A program made the position numbers and the translations under genes. Below, in pieces: positions 11,708-22,808 of a DNA stretch of 64,000 nt. The notes under the pieces were generated by a model. It was given only the letters and a program-made list of their open reading frames with translations, was not told the DNA's origin and made no database searches. The first letter of the stretch is position 1, and every line of letters begins with the position of its first letter. Origin of the DNA: an uncultured delta proteobacterium (lineage in GTDB: Bacteria; Desulfobacterota; Binatia; UBA9968); the NCBI GenBank assembly GCA_963771465.1, contig CAVYTU010000008.1:1-64000 (forward strand), read 5' to 3'.

Positions 11708-12901
11708 TTACGGTTGGAATCTCCACAGCAAGTTCCGTTCGAGCCAGTCCACCGATTTGTGCCGAAGACGCCGAGTCGACGAAAATTTATTTTGTGGTGA
11801 CGGGAGCCGCGATACGGTATCGATGATCGACTCAAGCCGGCGTTTTGCCGCATCGACACCGAAGCGTTCTTTCATCTTACTCAGAGCGGAGACACGCAGG
11901 CGCTCGCATAAAGCGCGATCTTGGAACAGCCGAACCACACAGTCGGCAAACTCGGCAGGGTTGTCGGCAACTAAGACATCCTCTCCGTGCTTCGCTTCCA
12001 TACCTTGGAATCCGACTGAAGTCGTAACGACGGGAATGCCATGGGCTACGGCCTCGCCGACCTTTCCCTTCATTCCCGCGCCGAAGCGCAATGGCGCTAC
12101 GGAAACCCGGCTTCTTTGCAAAAAAGGAGCCGTTTCCGGCACATATCCCGTTACCGTTACCCGATCGGAAGCCAGAGCTTCTACGTCCGGCGTCGGGGCG
12201 TTGCCAACCAGGAGAAAATGAGCCGGCGGAACCTTCGCGTGAATCAACGGCAGCACATCCCGGCAAAAATATTGCACCGCGTCAACATTGGGAGGCACAC
12301 GATAGTCGCCGACAAAAACCATAACCGGCTCTTCTGTCAGGCTCGGTAGGTTGTCCGCGAATCGGTGAATGTTCGGCACTGAGCTTAGACGCAAAGCTGG
12401 AATTTCTTTCAAAAGAATTTCACGTTCCTCATCCGAGACAGTGATAACGAAGTCGGCATTGGCGTAAGCTGCCAACTCGCGCCGTCGAGTGTCCGCCGCC
12501 TTTGCGACATCTTGCGGATCCTGCGTCAAATCGGCCTTGATACCAAGGCGCCTGTATTCGACATCGACGGCGTCGACGATAATCTTCGCCTGTGGCTGCC
12601 AAGTCCGAAGGTCTTCGCCGATCAGGTCCATGCTGTGGAACCATTCTATGAGAATGGCGTCATAACTTTGTTCCTTCAATACTTGGCGCACATAGCCGAC
12701 GCGAATTTTGATTCCAAGGCCTTCGACGGCAGAGCGATATCGATGCTGATCGGACTCATCGACCGTTTGCCCCCACAAGGACCAAACGTACAGAGTAATC
12801 TCGTGGCCTGATGCCAGGATTCGTAGCATCTCGCTAAAACGAAGCTCTTCCGAGCCACGGTCCGCCATCGGAAGCCATGGTGCAATGACCAGCAACTTCA
12901 T
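11708..12901 (-). CDS. GT4 glycosyltransferase
   Basis: FVGDY..PNVDAV, VAPLRFGAGMKGKVGEA.A.GIPVVTT. Confidence 0.9.
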   Translation of the reverse strand: MKLLVIAPWLPMADRGSEELRFSEMLRILASGHEITLYVWSLWGQTVDESDQHRYRSAVEGLGIKIRVGYVRQVLKEQSYDAILIEWFHSMDLIGEDLRTWQPQAKIIVDAVDVEYRRLGIKADLTQDPQDVAKAADTRRRELAAYANADFVITVSDEEREILLKEIPALRLSSVPNIHRFADNLPSLTEEPVMVFVGDYRVPPNVDAVQYFCRDVLPLIHAKVPPAHFLLVGNAPTPDVEALASDRVTVTGYVPETAPFLQRSRVSVAPLRFGAGMKGKVGEAVAHGIPVVTTSVGFQGMEAKHGEDVLVADNPAEFADCVVRLFQDRALCERLRVSALSKMKERFGVDAAKRRLESIIDTVSRLPSPQNKFSSTRRLRHKSVDWLERNLLWRFQP

Positions 12902-14149
12902 TGAGAACTTTCTTTTTTGTGCATAGACGAAAATTTCTCCTGCCTAGATTCGCCTTGCGGGTGATTCGAATCGTTCGAGAAACGCCAGAGTAAACGCTGA
13001 TCGAGAATATACTTCAACCGCCGCGCCCAGCGCTGCGGCAAGCTCAGGGACTCCGATTTCAAATTCGGAACGCGATCCAAAATGTCATCCACCCGATCTC
13101 GAACAGCGTCGAATTCGAATTCGGCCTTTAATCGTTCCCATGCCCCCCGTCTTTGTCTTTCACAAAGATCATAATTCGTCAGCAGCCGGACAACCGAGTC
13201 TGAGAATTTGGCAGGCGAATTCGCAATCATAATATCTTGTTCTGCTTTTAACGGCATGCCCTGCAAGCCGATCGATGTCGTCACCACCGGGATGCCAGCG
13301 GCAATCGCTTCACCGACTTTGCCTTTAACTCCAGCGCCAAACCGGAGCGGAGCAACCGAGACTCGGCTTTGCTCGAGATATACTCCCGTATCCGGCACGT
13401 AACCGACAGCTTCCACACCTTCTAATTGAAATAGCGGTAAATTGTCAGGAAGCGCGTTGCCGACGATGCTAAACTTGGCATTGGGTATTTTTTCGCGAAT
13501 CCCAGGCCAGATCTCTGCGCAAAAATATTCTACGGCATCGAGATTGGGATCGAAGCGAAAGTTACCGATAAAAATCACGTTGGCATCAGCCGATAAGACC
13601 GGAAGAGATTCGGGGAAAATATGAATGTTAGGAATGACGGCGATTTCTGTTCCGGGAAGCTCGCCAGATAATATTGCGGTTTCTTCAGTCGACACAGCGA
13701 TTAACATGTCCGCCTTTTTGTATGCAGCCAATTCTTTACGCTTGAACTCTTCAGTTGCCTTTCGGTGTATCCTCCTGCGCATGGGCTTGTAACGCCAAGC
13801 GACGAAACTCAATATCGACTGTGTCAATGAGTATTTTTGCGTCCGGCTGCCAGGTTTTCACATCTTGCAGGTACCAATCGACCCAATAGTACCACTCGAA
13901 AACGATCGCGTCGTAGCGGACCCGCTGCAATAGCGCTCGCAGGCCGAGACTCTCATGAACAACGCCTTCGGCAACGAGGTTCTCCCGATAACGCAGCTTA
14001 GCATCGTCGTCGACTTCCTGCCCCCAACTCCACGTGTAAACGGTGACTTGATGCGATGCCGCTAGAATCTTGAGCAATGAGAATAAACGAAGTTCTCCAG
14101 AGCCGCGGTCGGGCATGGGTATATAAGGAGTGATGACCAGTATCTTCAA
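12898..14149 (-). CDS. GT4 glycosyltransferase, paralog of 11708..12901, frameshifted near 13760
   Basis: ORFs 13751..14149 and 12898..13827 join; VAPLRFGAGVKGKVGEA. Confidence 0.88.
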
Positions 14150-15165
14150 ATCTTCGCTCGATTAAGTTCGCGCACAATGAGCGGACAGTCACCGAAGCGG
14201 CGTAGCAAATAATCCCGAATGGCCAGCCGGGTTGCCCAAAAGCCTGGCGTTCTCCACCATCGATCGAGGTGGCGTAGCCAGGAGTGTAGCAGCCAATAGC
14301 GTTCCTTCCAGCTCACTCCGGAGCCGTGCATCGGAGCAGATGCCCAAGCAAAAATTTGACTCATGGTCTTCCACCAAACAATGGCGCATGCGCGGATTCC
14401 AAGATGGCGCTCCGCAAACAGTAGGCGATTCCGCGTGAAGAAATAGGAGTATAGAGGGGAATCATCTCCCTTAAAGGAAACAGAGCCCTTATGCCAGATC
14501 CTGGCCTTGGGAATATATAAGCAGCGATATCCGAGCCGTTTCACCCGAAAGCACCAATCGGTTTCTTCAAAGGTGAGAAAATATTGCGGGTCTAGGGGTC
14601 CGACTTCTCGGATCAATGCGGACCGGATAAACATAGCGCAACCGCACGCGTAATCGGTGTCCGTTATAGTATCCTGGGTCGACAGGCTATCTAAAGCGCC
14701 TTCCAGAGCGCAAACAAAACGTCCCTTGCTTTCTACCCAGCGGGCATCCGCCCACCAAATCCGATTTGGTTCTTCATAACGGTAGATCTTGCCACAAAAA
14801 GCCGCTGCGTCGGGAAATTTGCCAGCGGCTTTGACAAATTGATTGAGAAGATCGGGGGCGACAGTGGTATCGTTGTTCAGCAGGAATATAAACTCTGCGC
14901 TATGGCACAGTGCTGCTTGAATGCCGACGTTGTTACCACCCGCATAACCGAGGTTTCGTCCTGTCTCGAGCACCGTTAAGTCTGAGAAACGCTTTTTGAT
15001 CGCGGAAACAGAGCCGTCCACTGAGCCGTTATCAACTACTATTAAATGGTAATTGGGGTAGGTGATATCCTTGATGGATTCCAGGCATTCCAGCGTGTCG
15101 TCGCGCCCATTCCAATTGAGCACGATGATTCCGACCAGAGGATAATTTGTGCTGCATGCAGTCAA
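14146..15165 (-). CDS. GT2 glycosyltransferase (rhamnosyltransferase-like)
   Basis: IIVLNWNG, VVDNGS.DGS, NLGYAGGNN, LLNNDT, YFLTFEETDWC.R. Confidence 0.9.
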   Translation of the reverse strand: MTACSTNYPLVGIIVLNWNGRDDTLECLESIKDITYPNYHLIVVDNGSVDGSVSAIKKRFSDLTVLETGRNLGYAGGNNVGIQAALCHSAEFIFLLNNDTTVAPDLLNQFVKAAGKFPDAAAFCGKIYRYEEPNRIWWADARWVESKGRFVCALEGALDSLSTQDTITDTDYACGCAMFIRSALIREVGPLDPQYFLTFEETDWCFRVKRLGYRCLYIPKARIWHKGSVSFKGDDSPLYSYFFTRNRLLFAERHLGIRACAIVWWKTMSQIFAWASAPMHGSGVSWKERYWLLHSWLRHLDRWWRTPGFWATRLAIRDYLLRRFGDCPLIVRELNRAKI

Positions 15166-15177
15166 GGGAATTACCGG

Positions 15178-15649
15178 CTAATATAAAAGTGTCATGAATT
15201 TTCGATGGGTTTGCTTTGCTCCCGCTAAACTTCCCAACGCGGAACCGTAATCTCCGCTTTTAATCTGAGTTTGTGCCTCCATGGTTGGCGGCTTGCCAGT
15301 CGTATACATCTCTAAAATGCCTCGTTCCATCATGGGATCCTTAAACTTAGCCTCGCGCACGATCCCTTCGACCTGTGCGATGGCGGTAACTTGGTAGCCA
15401 TAACTTTGACTTAGCATCTGAACCATTTTATCGATTTGGTCGGACCCCTGATTGAGCATCATTTCAACCTGAGCATTTAACGTCATCGCCTGGGTCAATG
15501 CTTGGCGTGCTCGACTTTTCCTCAGCTTAGGATCTTCTTGGTAGCGTTGTTGCGCGTCAGCGACGCTGGCAAAAAATTCATTTGATGGGAACCCAGCCGA
15601 CGGTGACCACTAAGGCGATGGCTAAATAATAATTAACGTGTCTATGCAT
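15178..15649 (-). CDS. Hypothetical exported helical protein, frameshifted just after the signal peptide
   Basis: GGAGG RBS, then MHRHVNYYLAIALVVTVGW / FFASVADAQQRYQEDPKLRK..., continuing into ORF 15178..15498. Confidence 0.6.
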
Positions 15650-15718
15650 AAACAATCCTCCCCTCTTATATTGGTTTGCGGCCATTTAGAGTTACGCGTT
15701 AGATGTGCCTAATATCAC

Positions 15719-16363
15719 TTACCGCTTTTCGCACAGCATAAGCAGCTCTTCAGAAACGAATCGAAAAGTCCAAAGCCTCTTAGTCTCCGCAAGATTGGCG
15801 AATCGTAAATCTTCCTTCAAATTCTCTTTCGTAACCGGGTAACGGGTCGGCGCTTGGTGGCCAAGATAACGTTTCACCACTCGCCTACCGCGGTACCAGC
15901 CGCTGGAAAAGGAATTAGAAAAGATCACCCATCGCTTGGTCACCCGAGCCATCTCTCGTAGCATTAGACGACGGGATTCACTGGAAATGTGGGGCAGGAA
16001 CCGCATTGAGATAACGGCGTCAAAACTCCCGTCAGGAAAAGGCAGGCTGTCGGCGCTGGCGCGAAGCGCGGGCAAATTCCCGCCAAGTTTGGCGATTCGC
16101 TCTCGGGCCACATCGATCATTTCGTTTGAGATATCAGCGGCCGTGACTCGAAAGCCCCGGTCCAGCAGCACTTCCGCGATTCGACCCGTACCGACCGGGA
16201 CGTCGAGCAGCGACGATCCATGGGGCAACACCGAGAGCATCTGTTCAAGCGTCTTGCGCTCGACGTTCTGAAAGAAACGGCCCGCCAAGGAGGAAAATCT
16301 TTCATGGTCGTAATTGCGCGCAACGGTGGCGTTTTGATAATGACTCTGTGGATCAAATGACAT
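15719..16363 (-). CDS. Class I SAM-dependent methyltransferase
   Basis: LLDVPVGTGR, ADISNEM, LPFPDGSFDAV, LREMARV. Confidence 0.9.
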   Translation of the reverse strand: MSFDPQSHYQNATVARNYDHERFSSLAGRFFQNVERKTLEQMLSVLPHGSSLLDVPVGTGRIAEVLLDRGFRVTAADISNEMIDVARERIAKLGGNLPALRASADSLPFPDGSFDAVISMRFLPHISSESRRLMLREMARVTKRWVIFSNSFSSGWYRGRRVVKRYLGHQAPTRYPVTKENLKEDLRFANLAETKRLWTFRFVSEELLMLCEKR

Positions 16364-16369
16364 CTTATT

Positions 16370-17480
16370 TCAAGTGAGCGTCGCGCCGTAGGTTCGCCGC
16401 GACGATCTCACTATCCCCCTTAATTGATGATTTAAGAACCGCCGCACCCAAAATTGAGCTATCGGTTGATCTTGACGCCGGCCGATAATTTCAAGCGCGC
16501 TGCTGACGAGGCCGGTGACTCGAAGAAAATCCAATGCGAGGCGACAGCATCGCTCGTCGCCAAAATAGCCTTTTAGAAATGCCCTCGCGCAACGGTTGAT
16601 CAACGCATCGGGCGGTGGCATAGACAGCCGCATTAACCAAAGAGAATTCAGAAACGTCGCGAGATCATGGTAAATCGCGTTGCGATCGCGACCGCTGAGA
16701 TCGAGGGCGGTGATCCGCGTCCCTTCGGCGATCACGTTATCGACCGTGAAATCGCCGTGCACCAAAGCGGCGGGCAAATCAATATGGCTAAGCTCTTGCG
16801 CAATCGTATCTAGAAACACTTCAATAGGGTGCACCGATTTACCGGGAAAACCCCGTCCTTGAAGTTTCGAGATGGCGAGTCCGGCGGCAGCTTTTTTTGC
16901 GGTTACGTCTAGCCGGCCTTGCGATTCCTGGGTAGCCGTATGGAAGTAGCGCAGCCATTCTCCGGCGTTGCCGCAGGCGCAAACCAAAGCAGGCCATTTT
17001 AACGGCGCGAAGAGATTCCTGCGAAAATGCCGCTGAATCGATTCGCCGCCGACTCGCTCCATGGCAATGGCGCTTAAGTCGTGAAACAATTCGAGCGGCC
17101 TCGGGATAGCAAATCGAGCGGTTTGAGCCATCGATGGCCACACTGATTTCATGGATGAGAACTGTAGATCGGCGAGTTCGGCGCCGCCGAATTGATGTGA
17201 AAATATCTTTACCGCAATCCCCGGCAAAGGCCGGTTGATCCGGATCTTCTGCGAAGACATTGAAAAAGCATATCGTTGAATAGCTTCTTTGCTGCACAGA
17301 GATCAACTGAACTGTGAAGCCGCTTTTGAACGGCCCAGGAAAATAGCTCTCAATATTATTGGAAACTCGGCTGCGAATTTCCTCCACGGTGCTGTTGTGA
17401 GAAATCAAATCGAAGCGGCTCAATGCGGCGGGTGGCGGCATCCTTGTCATTGGACCCGTATCACGCACGGACAGACTCAT
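16370..17480 (-). CDS. APH/choline-kinase-like phosphotransferase, frameshifted near 17220
   Basis: IAVKIF (ATP-binding Lys), VHGDFTVDNV (Brenner motif), ALDLS. The N-terminus (MSLSVRD.., ATG 17480) is embedded in the tail of the 670-aa ORF. Confidence 0.7.
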
Positions 17481-17549
17481 CGGGAATGACGTCTCCACGA
17501 TTGTTGTAAGACTGGTCGATCTTATCGCACGCGTCCTTGCGACGGTAAC

Positions 17550-18851
17550 AATAATCGCGCCGCCGGATGAAGATACGCAGCCGACCCGCGCAGGTTTGAC
17601 CTCGGCGGTCTCGCTAACTTGCTGTCTAGCCGCAAGCGTTTTTAAAATGATGACAGAAGCGACCAAATGATAATAAAAATCAAAGTAAGCTCGGCCTAAG
17701 AACAAGCCGCCTAGCATGTAAGCCAGGATCGCGACTTGGAGCATGTCGGGATAGTGTTGCGCCCATTGCAGAGCCGGCTCCCGGCGTATGTGCCATTTGA
17801 GCGCCGATAAGCGCGTCAGGCAATAAAAAAGCAATAACATGTATAAACCGAGCCCGACAAATCCGTGTTCACCTAAAATCTCAAAATAATTGCTGTGCAC
17901 GTCGCGTACATTCCAAGGTTCTGGCGAATATTTGTTAAAAACTTGAGGAATCCACATCTGAAATCCGCCACCGGTGAGAGGGCGGTCGAGAGCAAGGTTG
18001 AACGCCGTTCGCCATGCGTTGATGCGACCGTGCGCAGATGAGTCCTGCTCGCCTTCATTAATAGTGTGCATTCGGGAAGTCCATTTTTCCGGTGTAATCG
18101 TTGCGGCAGCCAGCACCCCAATCAACAACGCGATTACCGCCAGAGATTTGTACCGAGCTTTAATTAGAAGCATGAAACCAACCAGCGCCATCGCCAGAAA
18201 ACCGCCGCGAGAGTAGGTAAATATAATCGCCACAATGCTGGCAACGAAGCAAATCTTGAGAGCCCATCGAAGCCATTTGCGCGGCTCATCCTTCGAAAGA
18301 TAAAGCAACATCGGCAAAACCATATTAAGTGCCAAGGCCAAATCGTTGTTGTCGGCCAAGAACGATCCGTCAGGACCATAGACACGATTGACGCCGCCAC
18401 TGGCGATGGCCCAGATGCCGCCTTTCAGCCCTATTAAACCGATCGACAGCGCAATCACCAGAAATAGATAACGAAGTTTGGTTGGACTGTCGATCAGTTT
18501 AATTGTGACAAAGGTCATCAATAGAATCTTTGAGACCTTATTCAATTGCGCCCACGCTTGATCTTGATTAATAGCAAAAATGGTCGTGAACACGAATAAA
18601 AGCCACAGCGTGCCCATAATCACGACTCCCGCGTCCTTAGGCAAACGCGAACCACGCTTCATCGCGAGCATGCCAACGATCGTCACCACCGCGACGACGA
18701 AAGCGACCGGGAAAGTCCGTGCCACACCCCAGGCGTATTTATGGGGATTCATGTAGCTGATCCAGGAAAACATCAAAACCCCGATCCAAGGCTGTTGCAG
18801 AGTGAAGGGAAGACTGCCGAGGATGGTGAGAAGTACTAATATGCCGCGCAA
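17550..18851 (-). CDS. Putative O-glycosylation/O-antigen ligase, exosortase A-associated type (Wzy_C family); 3' end approximate
   Basis: PWIGVLMFSWISYMNPH, DNNDLAL, TYSRGGFL, D.SA.GRI.AW, HSNYFEILGEHGFVG, GRAYFD. The native stop appears lost by an indel. Confidence 0.85.
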
Positions 18852-18854
18852 GTT

Positions 18855-20030
18855 CTACTGCCCTTCCAACATAGTTTGATAAAGCCGCAAGTAACGTTCG
18901 GCGGATCTTTTCGACGATAGGCGGTTGTGAATCTCCGCGGACGCGTGGCTCCCCATGTTCCGACGACGATCGGCGCTGCCAAGTAGAGGTGTTATCGCAT
19001 CGAGGAATGACCTCTCGTCGTTTACTTCAAACATCATCCCCGAATTGCCATGGTCGATGATATCGGTTGTGCCGCTGATTTTGGTAACAACGCACGGTAA
19101 ACCGCAGGACATCGCCTCCAAAACCACGTTAGGTAATCCCTCGTTGAGCGAGGGCAAAATGAACAAGTCCGCGCTCCGGTAGTAATCCTCGGGAGTAGGC
19201 GAAAAATCACGGAACAAGATTTCCTGATCCAATCCTTCGCGCCGCACCAATTCCTGCAACCGTTCGCGTAAACCAGCCTCGCGTCGGTCTCTGCTAGTCG
19301 GACCAACCAACAACAGACACCAACCGAAAAGCCGCTGGCGATGCTTAACCCAAGTATGAACCAACCATTCGATGTTTTTACGAGAATCGAAAACGCCGGC
19401 GAACAGCGCGATGGGCCGCTCGGGCAAGTTGAGTTGCTTCCGCAGACAGCTCCGATCGGACGCGTCAACAGATGAAAAACGGTCGGTGTCTACACCTTGG
19501 GAAATTTCCACGGACTTCGCATGATCCAATGGAAGCGACTCAATTTCTTCGCTAATTTGTCGACTCAATGATACGTACCGATCGACATAGCCAAGTAAAT
19601 ACTTTTGCGCCTTGCCGACTCTTGTACGGCCAATGGGATACAGATCATTGTGCGCCATACTCACCAGCGTCAAACTTTTCTTGCCAAGCACTTTACCGAT
19701 GATCCCCACGGCGCTATTTCGATAGGTACTACCTGAGGCATGGATAATATCGAATCGCTGTCGGAGGGCATGCAATGTGCGAAAAAGATTCCACCACAAA
19801 ACAAACTCCCCGTGTTTTTTTGGTCCATCCGCGATACGGTAAACGTCGAAGCCCTGATAGGTATCGTGTCTCGGCAATCCGGTATTGTCGACCGTGACAA
19901 AAAAATAGTGAACGCCCTGTTTCGACAGCTCCTTCGCCAAGGTTAGTGTCTGCAAACCGGCGCCGCTGAAATGCGGCGGAAAGTAGTATGAAAACGCGCA
20001 TACGCGAATCTGTTCAGCGGCGATCGGCAT
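18855..20030 (-). CDS. GT4 glycosyltransferase
   Basis: GVDTDRF, ADLFILPS.NEGLPNVVLEAMSCGLPCV. Confidence 0.92.
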   Translation of the reverse strand: MPIAAEQIRVCAFSYYFPPHFSGAGLQTLTLAKELSKQGVHYFFVTVDNTGLPRHDTYQGFDVYRIADGPKKHGEFVLWWNLFRTLHALRQRFDIIHASGSTYRNSAVGIIGKVLGKKSLTLVSMAHNDLYPIGRTRVGKAQKYLLGYVDRYVSLSRQISEEIESLPLDHAKSVEISQGVDTDRFSSVDASDRSCLRKQLNLPERPIALFAGVFDSRKNIEWLVHTWVKHRQRLFGWCLLLVGPTSRDRREAGLRERLQELVRREGLDQEILFRDFSPTPEDYYRSADLFILPSLNEGLPNVVLEAMSCGLPCVVTKISGTTDIIDHGNSGMMFEVNDERSFLDAITPLLGSADRRRNMGSHASAEIHNRLSSKRSAERYLRLYQTMLEGQ

Positions 20031-20040
20031 CGAGATCGAT

Positions 20041-21843
20041 TTAATTTCTTGCGTCCAGCCAGGCGTGGAGCATGAGCAGTGCCCAGACCTTGAAGCGCAA
20101 ATCTTCCGCGCCCGCCAAATAGCGATCGATCCAGGGCCACGCTCTTTTTGGATCGACGAAACCGTGACGATGCATATTTTCCGATGCGAGATGATGCCTT
20201 ACGAGAGCGAAATTCGAATTGGATAAGATATTAGCTAGTGGAATGTTGAAATATTTTTTTTTCGCGGCCTCCGTGCCCGTTCCGAAATATCGTTCAAACA
20301 ACCATCGTAAGAGCACTTTTGTTTTATTATGGGCCATGCGAAATTGTCGCGGGACGTTGCGTACAAAGGTCCACAAATCAAGATCGTGATACGGGAGTTC
20401 GATAGGTGCCATGGCCAGACCGGCGGCTTCAAATCGACTATCGTCCGGCGGTAGAACTCCAATCTGATCGTAGAGCTCTTGTGCTCCTAACTTTTTGGAC
20501 GAGCGAAAAATTCGATAAAATCCGCTCCCGTCAAAACTCACCGGGGTTCCCAGCAAATCTGCTAGTTCACCTCTTGTCCACCCTGACCAAGTTATAAAAA
20601 GCTCCTCTGGATCGGTGAAATCGAATAGACTTGCGTACGGTGCGAGGCGCCGACCGCCGAACTGTTGCAGCCGAGCAGCGATCTCTTTGCGCATAGGCTC
20701 GGGCAACTTTGCCGACGCAGCCAGCGAAAATCTAAGATGTCGAGGCATCGGCGCACCAAAGAGTCCGTCGCTGCCCGTACCATCACATAAGATATCCACC
20801 TTGTTTTTGGCCGCCTCACAAGCCAGCGCTAACGCCAAACCGGCGGGATCGCCAAATGGCTGGTCGAATCCATTGGCGACGCTTTGAAAAGCTGCACAAT
20901 ACTCAGACATGCCAAAACGCAGCTCCGTGTGCGGCACGCCGATCTGGGTTGCTAGCGCGCGAGCGGCGTTGGTCTCATCAGTCGTAAGATTATCGAAACC
21001 AACGGTAAACGCCTCAACTTGCCCTGGGTTCAATTTATGACAGCCAGCCAAAAGGGTCGCGGAATCCACTCCACTACTGAGCAGTACGCCGGCACGGCGA
21101 TGATCTATCCTACGGCAAATCGCCTGTTCGAATAAAAATTCAAACTTCGCCAATACTTGACTCGATTCTTGGGAATCAATTATGGAACCTTTTCCAGATT
21201 GGTCGGCGGCGACTTGTCGGCTCTCAACTTTTCCCTGGGACGCGATTAAAAAGTGCTCTGCTTCGATGCGAAAAACTCCGCTGTAAATCGTCCGTGGCGC
21301 AGCAATATAAAGAAACCGAAGGAACTCACTGACCGCCTGTCGATCGATTTCATGAGATTTGTTCGCGAGCAGGGGCAACCAGGAACTAAACGTGATCTGT
21401 TGGTTTTTAAAACTGTAATAGAGATGGCAATCGGCGCGCGAATCACAAGCCAGGACTAATTGTTGCGCGGATTGATTCCAAATGGCCGCCGCAAAGGTCC
21501 CATCCAAATGGTCGAGAAATGCTTCTCCGGCCGAAGCTAAACCGTTCTCTAAGAACACGCTCCGCGCAGGTTCGCAGCGATAGTGGGATCCGGCAACCCG
21601 CCGATCGATCAATTCGCCACAAGAGATGGCTGAAATCGGTCGACTTAGGCATGAAATATCCGAGTTCGTCCCCATACCCTTACACTGAACAACTCCAAGA
21701 CTAGCGTTTCCAAATGAAGTCACTTGCACGACCCCGCCTAATACTCCGGCGCGGCGGGCGATTTCCGCGGCGCGCTGCGTCGCCCCTCGCGAATCGTGGG
21801 CAAAATCAATCACGCCGAAAATCGCTTCGCCGTTGAAAAGCAT
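20041..21843 (-). CDS. Asparagine synthetase (AsnB)-like amidotransferase
   Basis: LDGTFAAAIW, YIAAPRTIY, LLSSGVDS, FTVGF, DQPFGD, GTGSDGLF, W.LLML..W. Likely start MLFNG at 21843; the upstream part of the 730-aa ORF overlaps another gene. Confidence 0.85.
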   Translation of the reverse strand: MLFNGEAIFGVIDFAHDSRGATQRAAEIARRAGVLGGVVQVTSFGNASLGVVQCKGMGTNSDISCLSRPISAISCGELIDRRVAGSHYRCEPARSVFLENGLASAGEAFLDHLDGTFAAAIWNQSAQQLVLACDSRADCHLYYSFKNQQITFSSWLPLLANKSHEIDRQAVSEFLRFLYIAAPRTIYSGVFRIEAEHFLIASQGKVESRQVAADQSGKGSIIDSQESSQVLAKFEFLFEQAICRRIDHRRAGVLLSSGVDSATLLAGCHKLNPGQVEAFTVGFDNLTTDETNAARALATQIGVPHTELRFGMSEYCAAFQSVANGFDQPFGDPAGLALALACEAAKNKVDILCDGTGSDGLFGAPMPRHLRFSLAASAKLPEPMRKEIAARLQQFGGRRLAPYASLFDFTDPEELFITWSGWTRGELADLLGTPVSFDGSGFYRIFRSSKKLGAQELYDQIGVLPPDDSRFEAAGLAMAPIELPYHDLDLWTFVRNVPRQFRMAHNKTKVLLRWLFERYFGTGTEAAKKKYFNIPLANILSNSNFALVRHHLASENMHRHGFVDPKRAWPWIDRYLAGAEDLRFKVWALLMLHAWLDARN

Positions 21844-21854
21844 TTGATGGTTAG

Positions 21855-22788
21855 TTAACCTCTCGCGCGGATCATCGATCCGATAAATCGTCGCCCCATC
21901 AGCGTCGAGAGAAAGTAAACTAAAGCGCGCATATGAAATCCCAGCATGAGACTTTTTCGCAGAGCCGCCCGCGCCTGCGCCGGCGCGACTTGACGGAGAT
22001 AAAAATAGCCCAAATTCCGATAACCGTCGCGCAAAGCGCCGGTGATATCGACGCCGAGTTTCAGCAACAGCTCGTGGTTGTCCCGCTTGAGCTTTTCTAA
22101 TACGACCAGCGCTGCTTCGTTCATTCCTTCCGCATCGCGCGAAGTGTTGACCGCATGAACGCGCTTGAGCATGAGCAGATCGGGCGTGTATGCGATGGGC
22201 GCTCGAAGCGCTATGCGCAGCCACAAGTCCCAATCTTCGGCCCTGTGAAAATGCTCGTCGAAACCGCCCGCAGCGGCGACAATCCGCTTACGCGCGAGCA
22301 CTGTTGATGTGGGAATAAAATTCGCCCGCACCAACTTCAATGGCGCATCGACGACTAGCCACTCGTTACCGAAAAGCTTATTGAATACTGATACTTCTCA
22401 AACATCGATGCTTGCAGTTCGTCTCCCTGCAAACACAAACACATATTTGCAAAAGCCAACCCTGCCTCGGGACAGGACTCGAAAAGAGCCATTTGCTTGG
22501 TGAGCTTGTCGGCATCCAGACATCATCAGCGTCAAGAAACGCGATATATTCACCGTGGGCCGCGTCAATTCCGGTATTGCGCGCCGCCGACGGTCCACGA
22601 TTGGCCTGGCAAATATAATGGACGTCCCGATAAGCCCCGACGATTTGGGCCGTCGCGTCGATCGAACCGTCATCGACAACGATCACCTCCGTCGGGCGGT
22701 AGGTTTGTGCAAGAGCGCTGCTGATCGCCGCTGCGGCAAAATCGGCACCATTGTAGACCGGGATAACGACACTGATCAAAGGTGGCAT
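21855..22788 (-). CDS. GT2 glycosyltransferase, frameshifted
   Basis: MPPLISVVIPVYN, VVDDGS, FLDADDVW; C-terminal fragment with AEDWDLWLR. Confidence 0.85.
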
Positions 22789-22808
22789 GTTCGAGAATGT
22801 CGATGATT

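Noticed and set aside
16839-18851. 670-aa ORF as one real protein
   Set aside because: Ligase similarity ends near residue 410, the next part is the kinase N-terminus, and the last ~125 residues overlap the kinase out of frame. Best explained by indels.
21844-22233. N-terminal extension of the 730-aa AsnB-like ORF
   Set aside because: It overlaps the GT2 C-terminus in another frame and reads as Arg/Ala-rich off-frame sequence.
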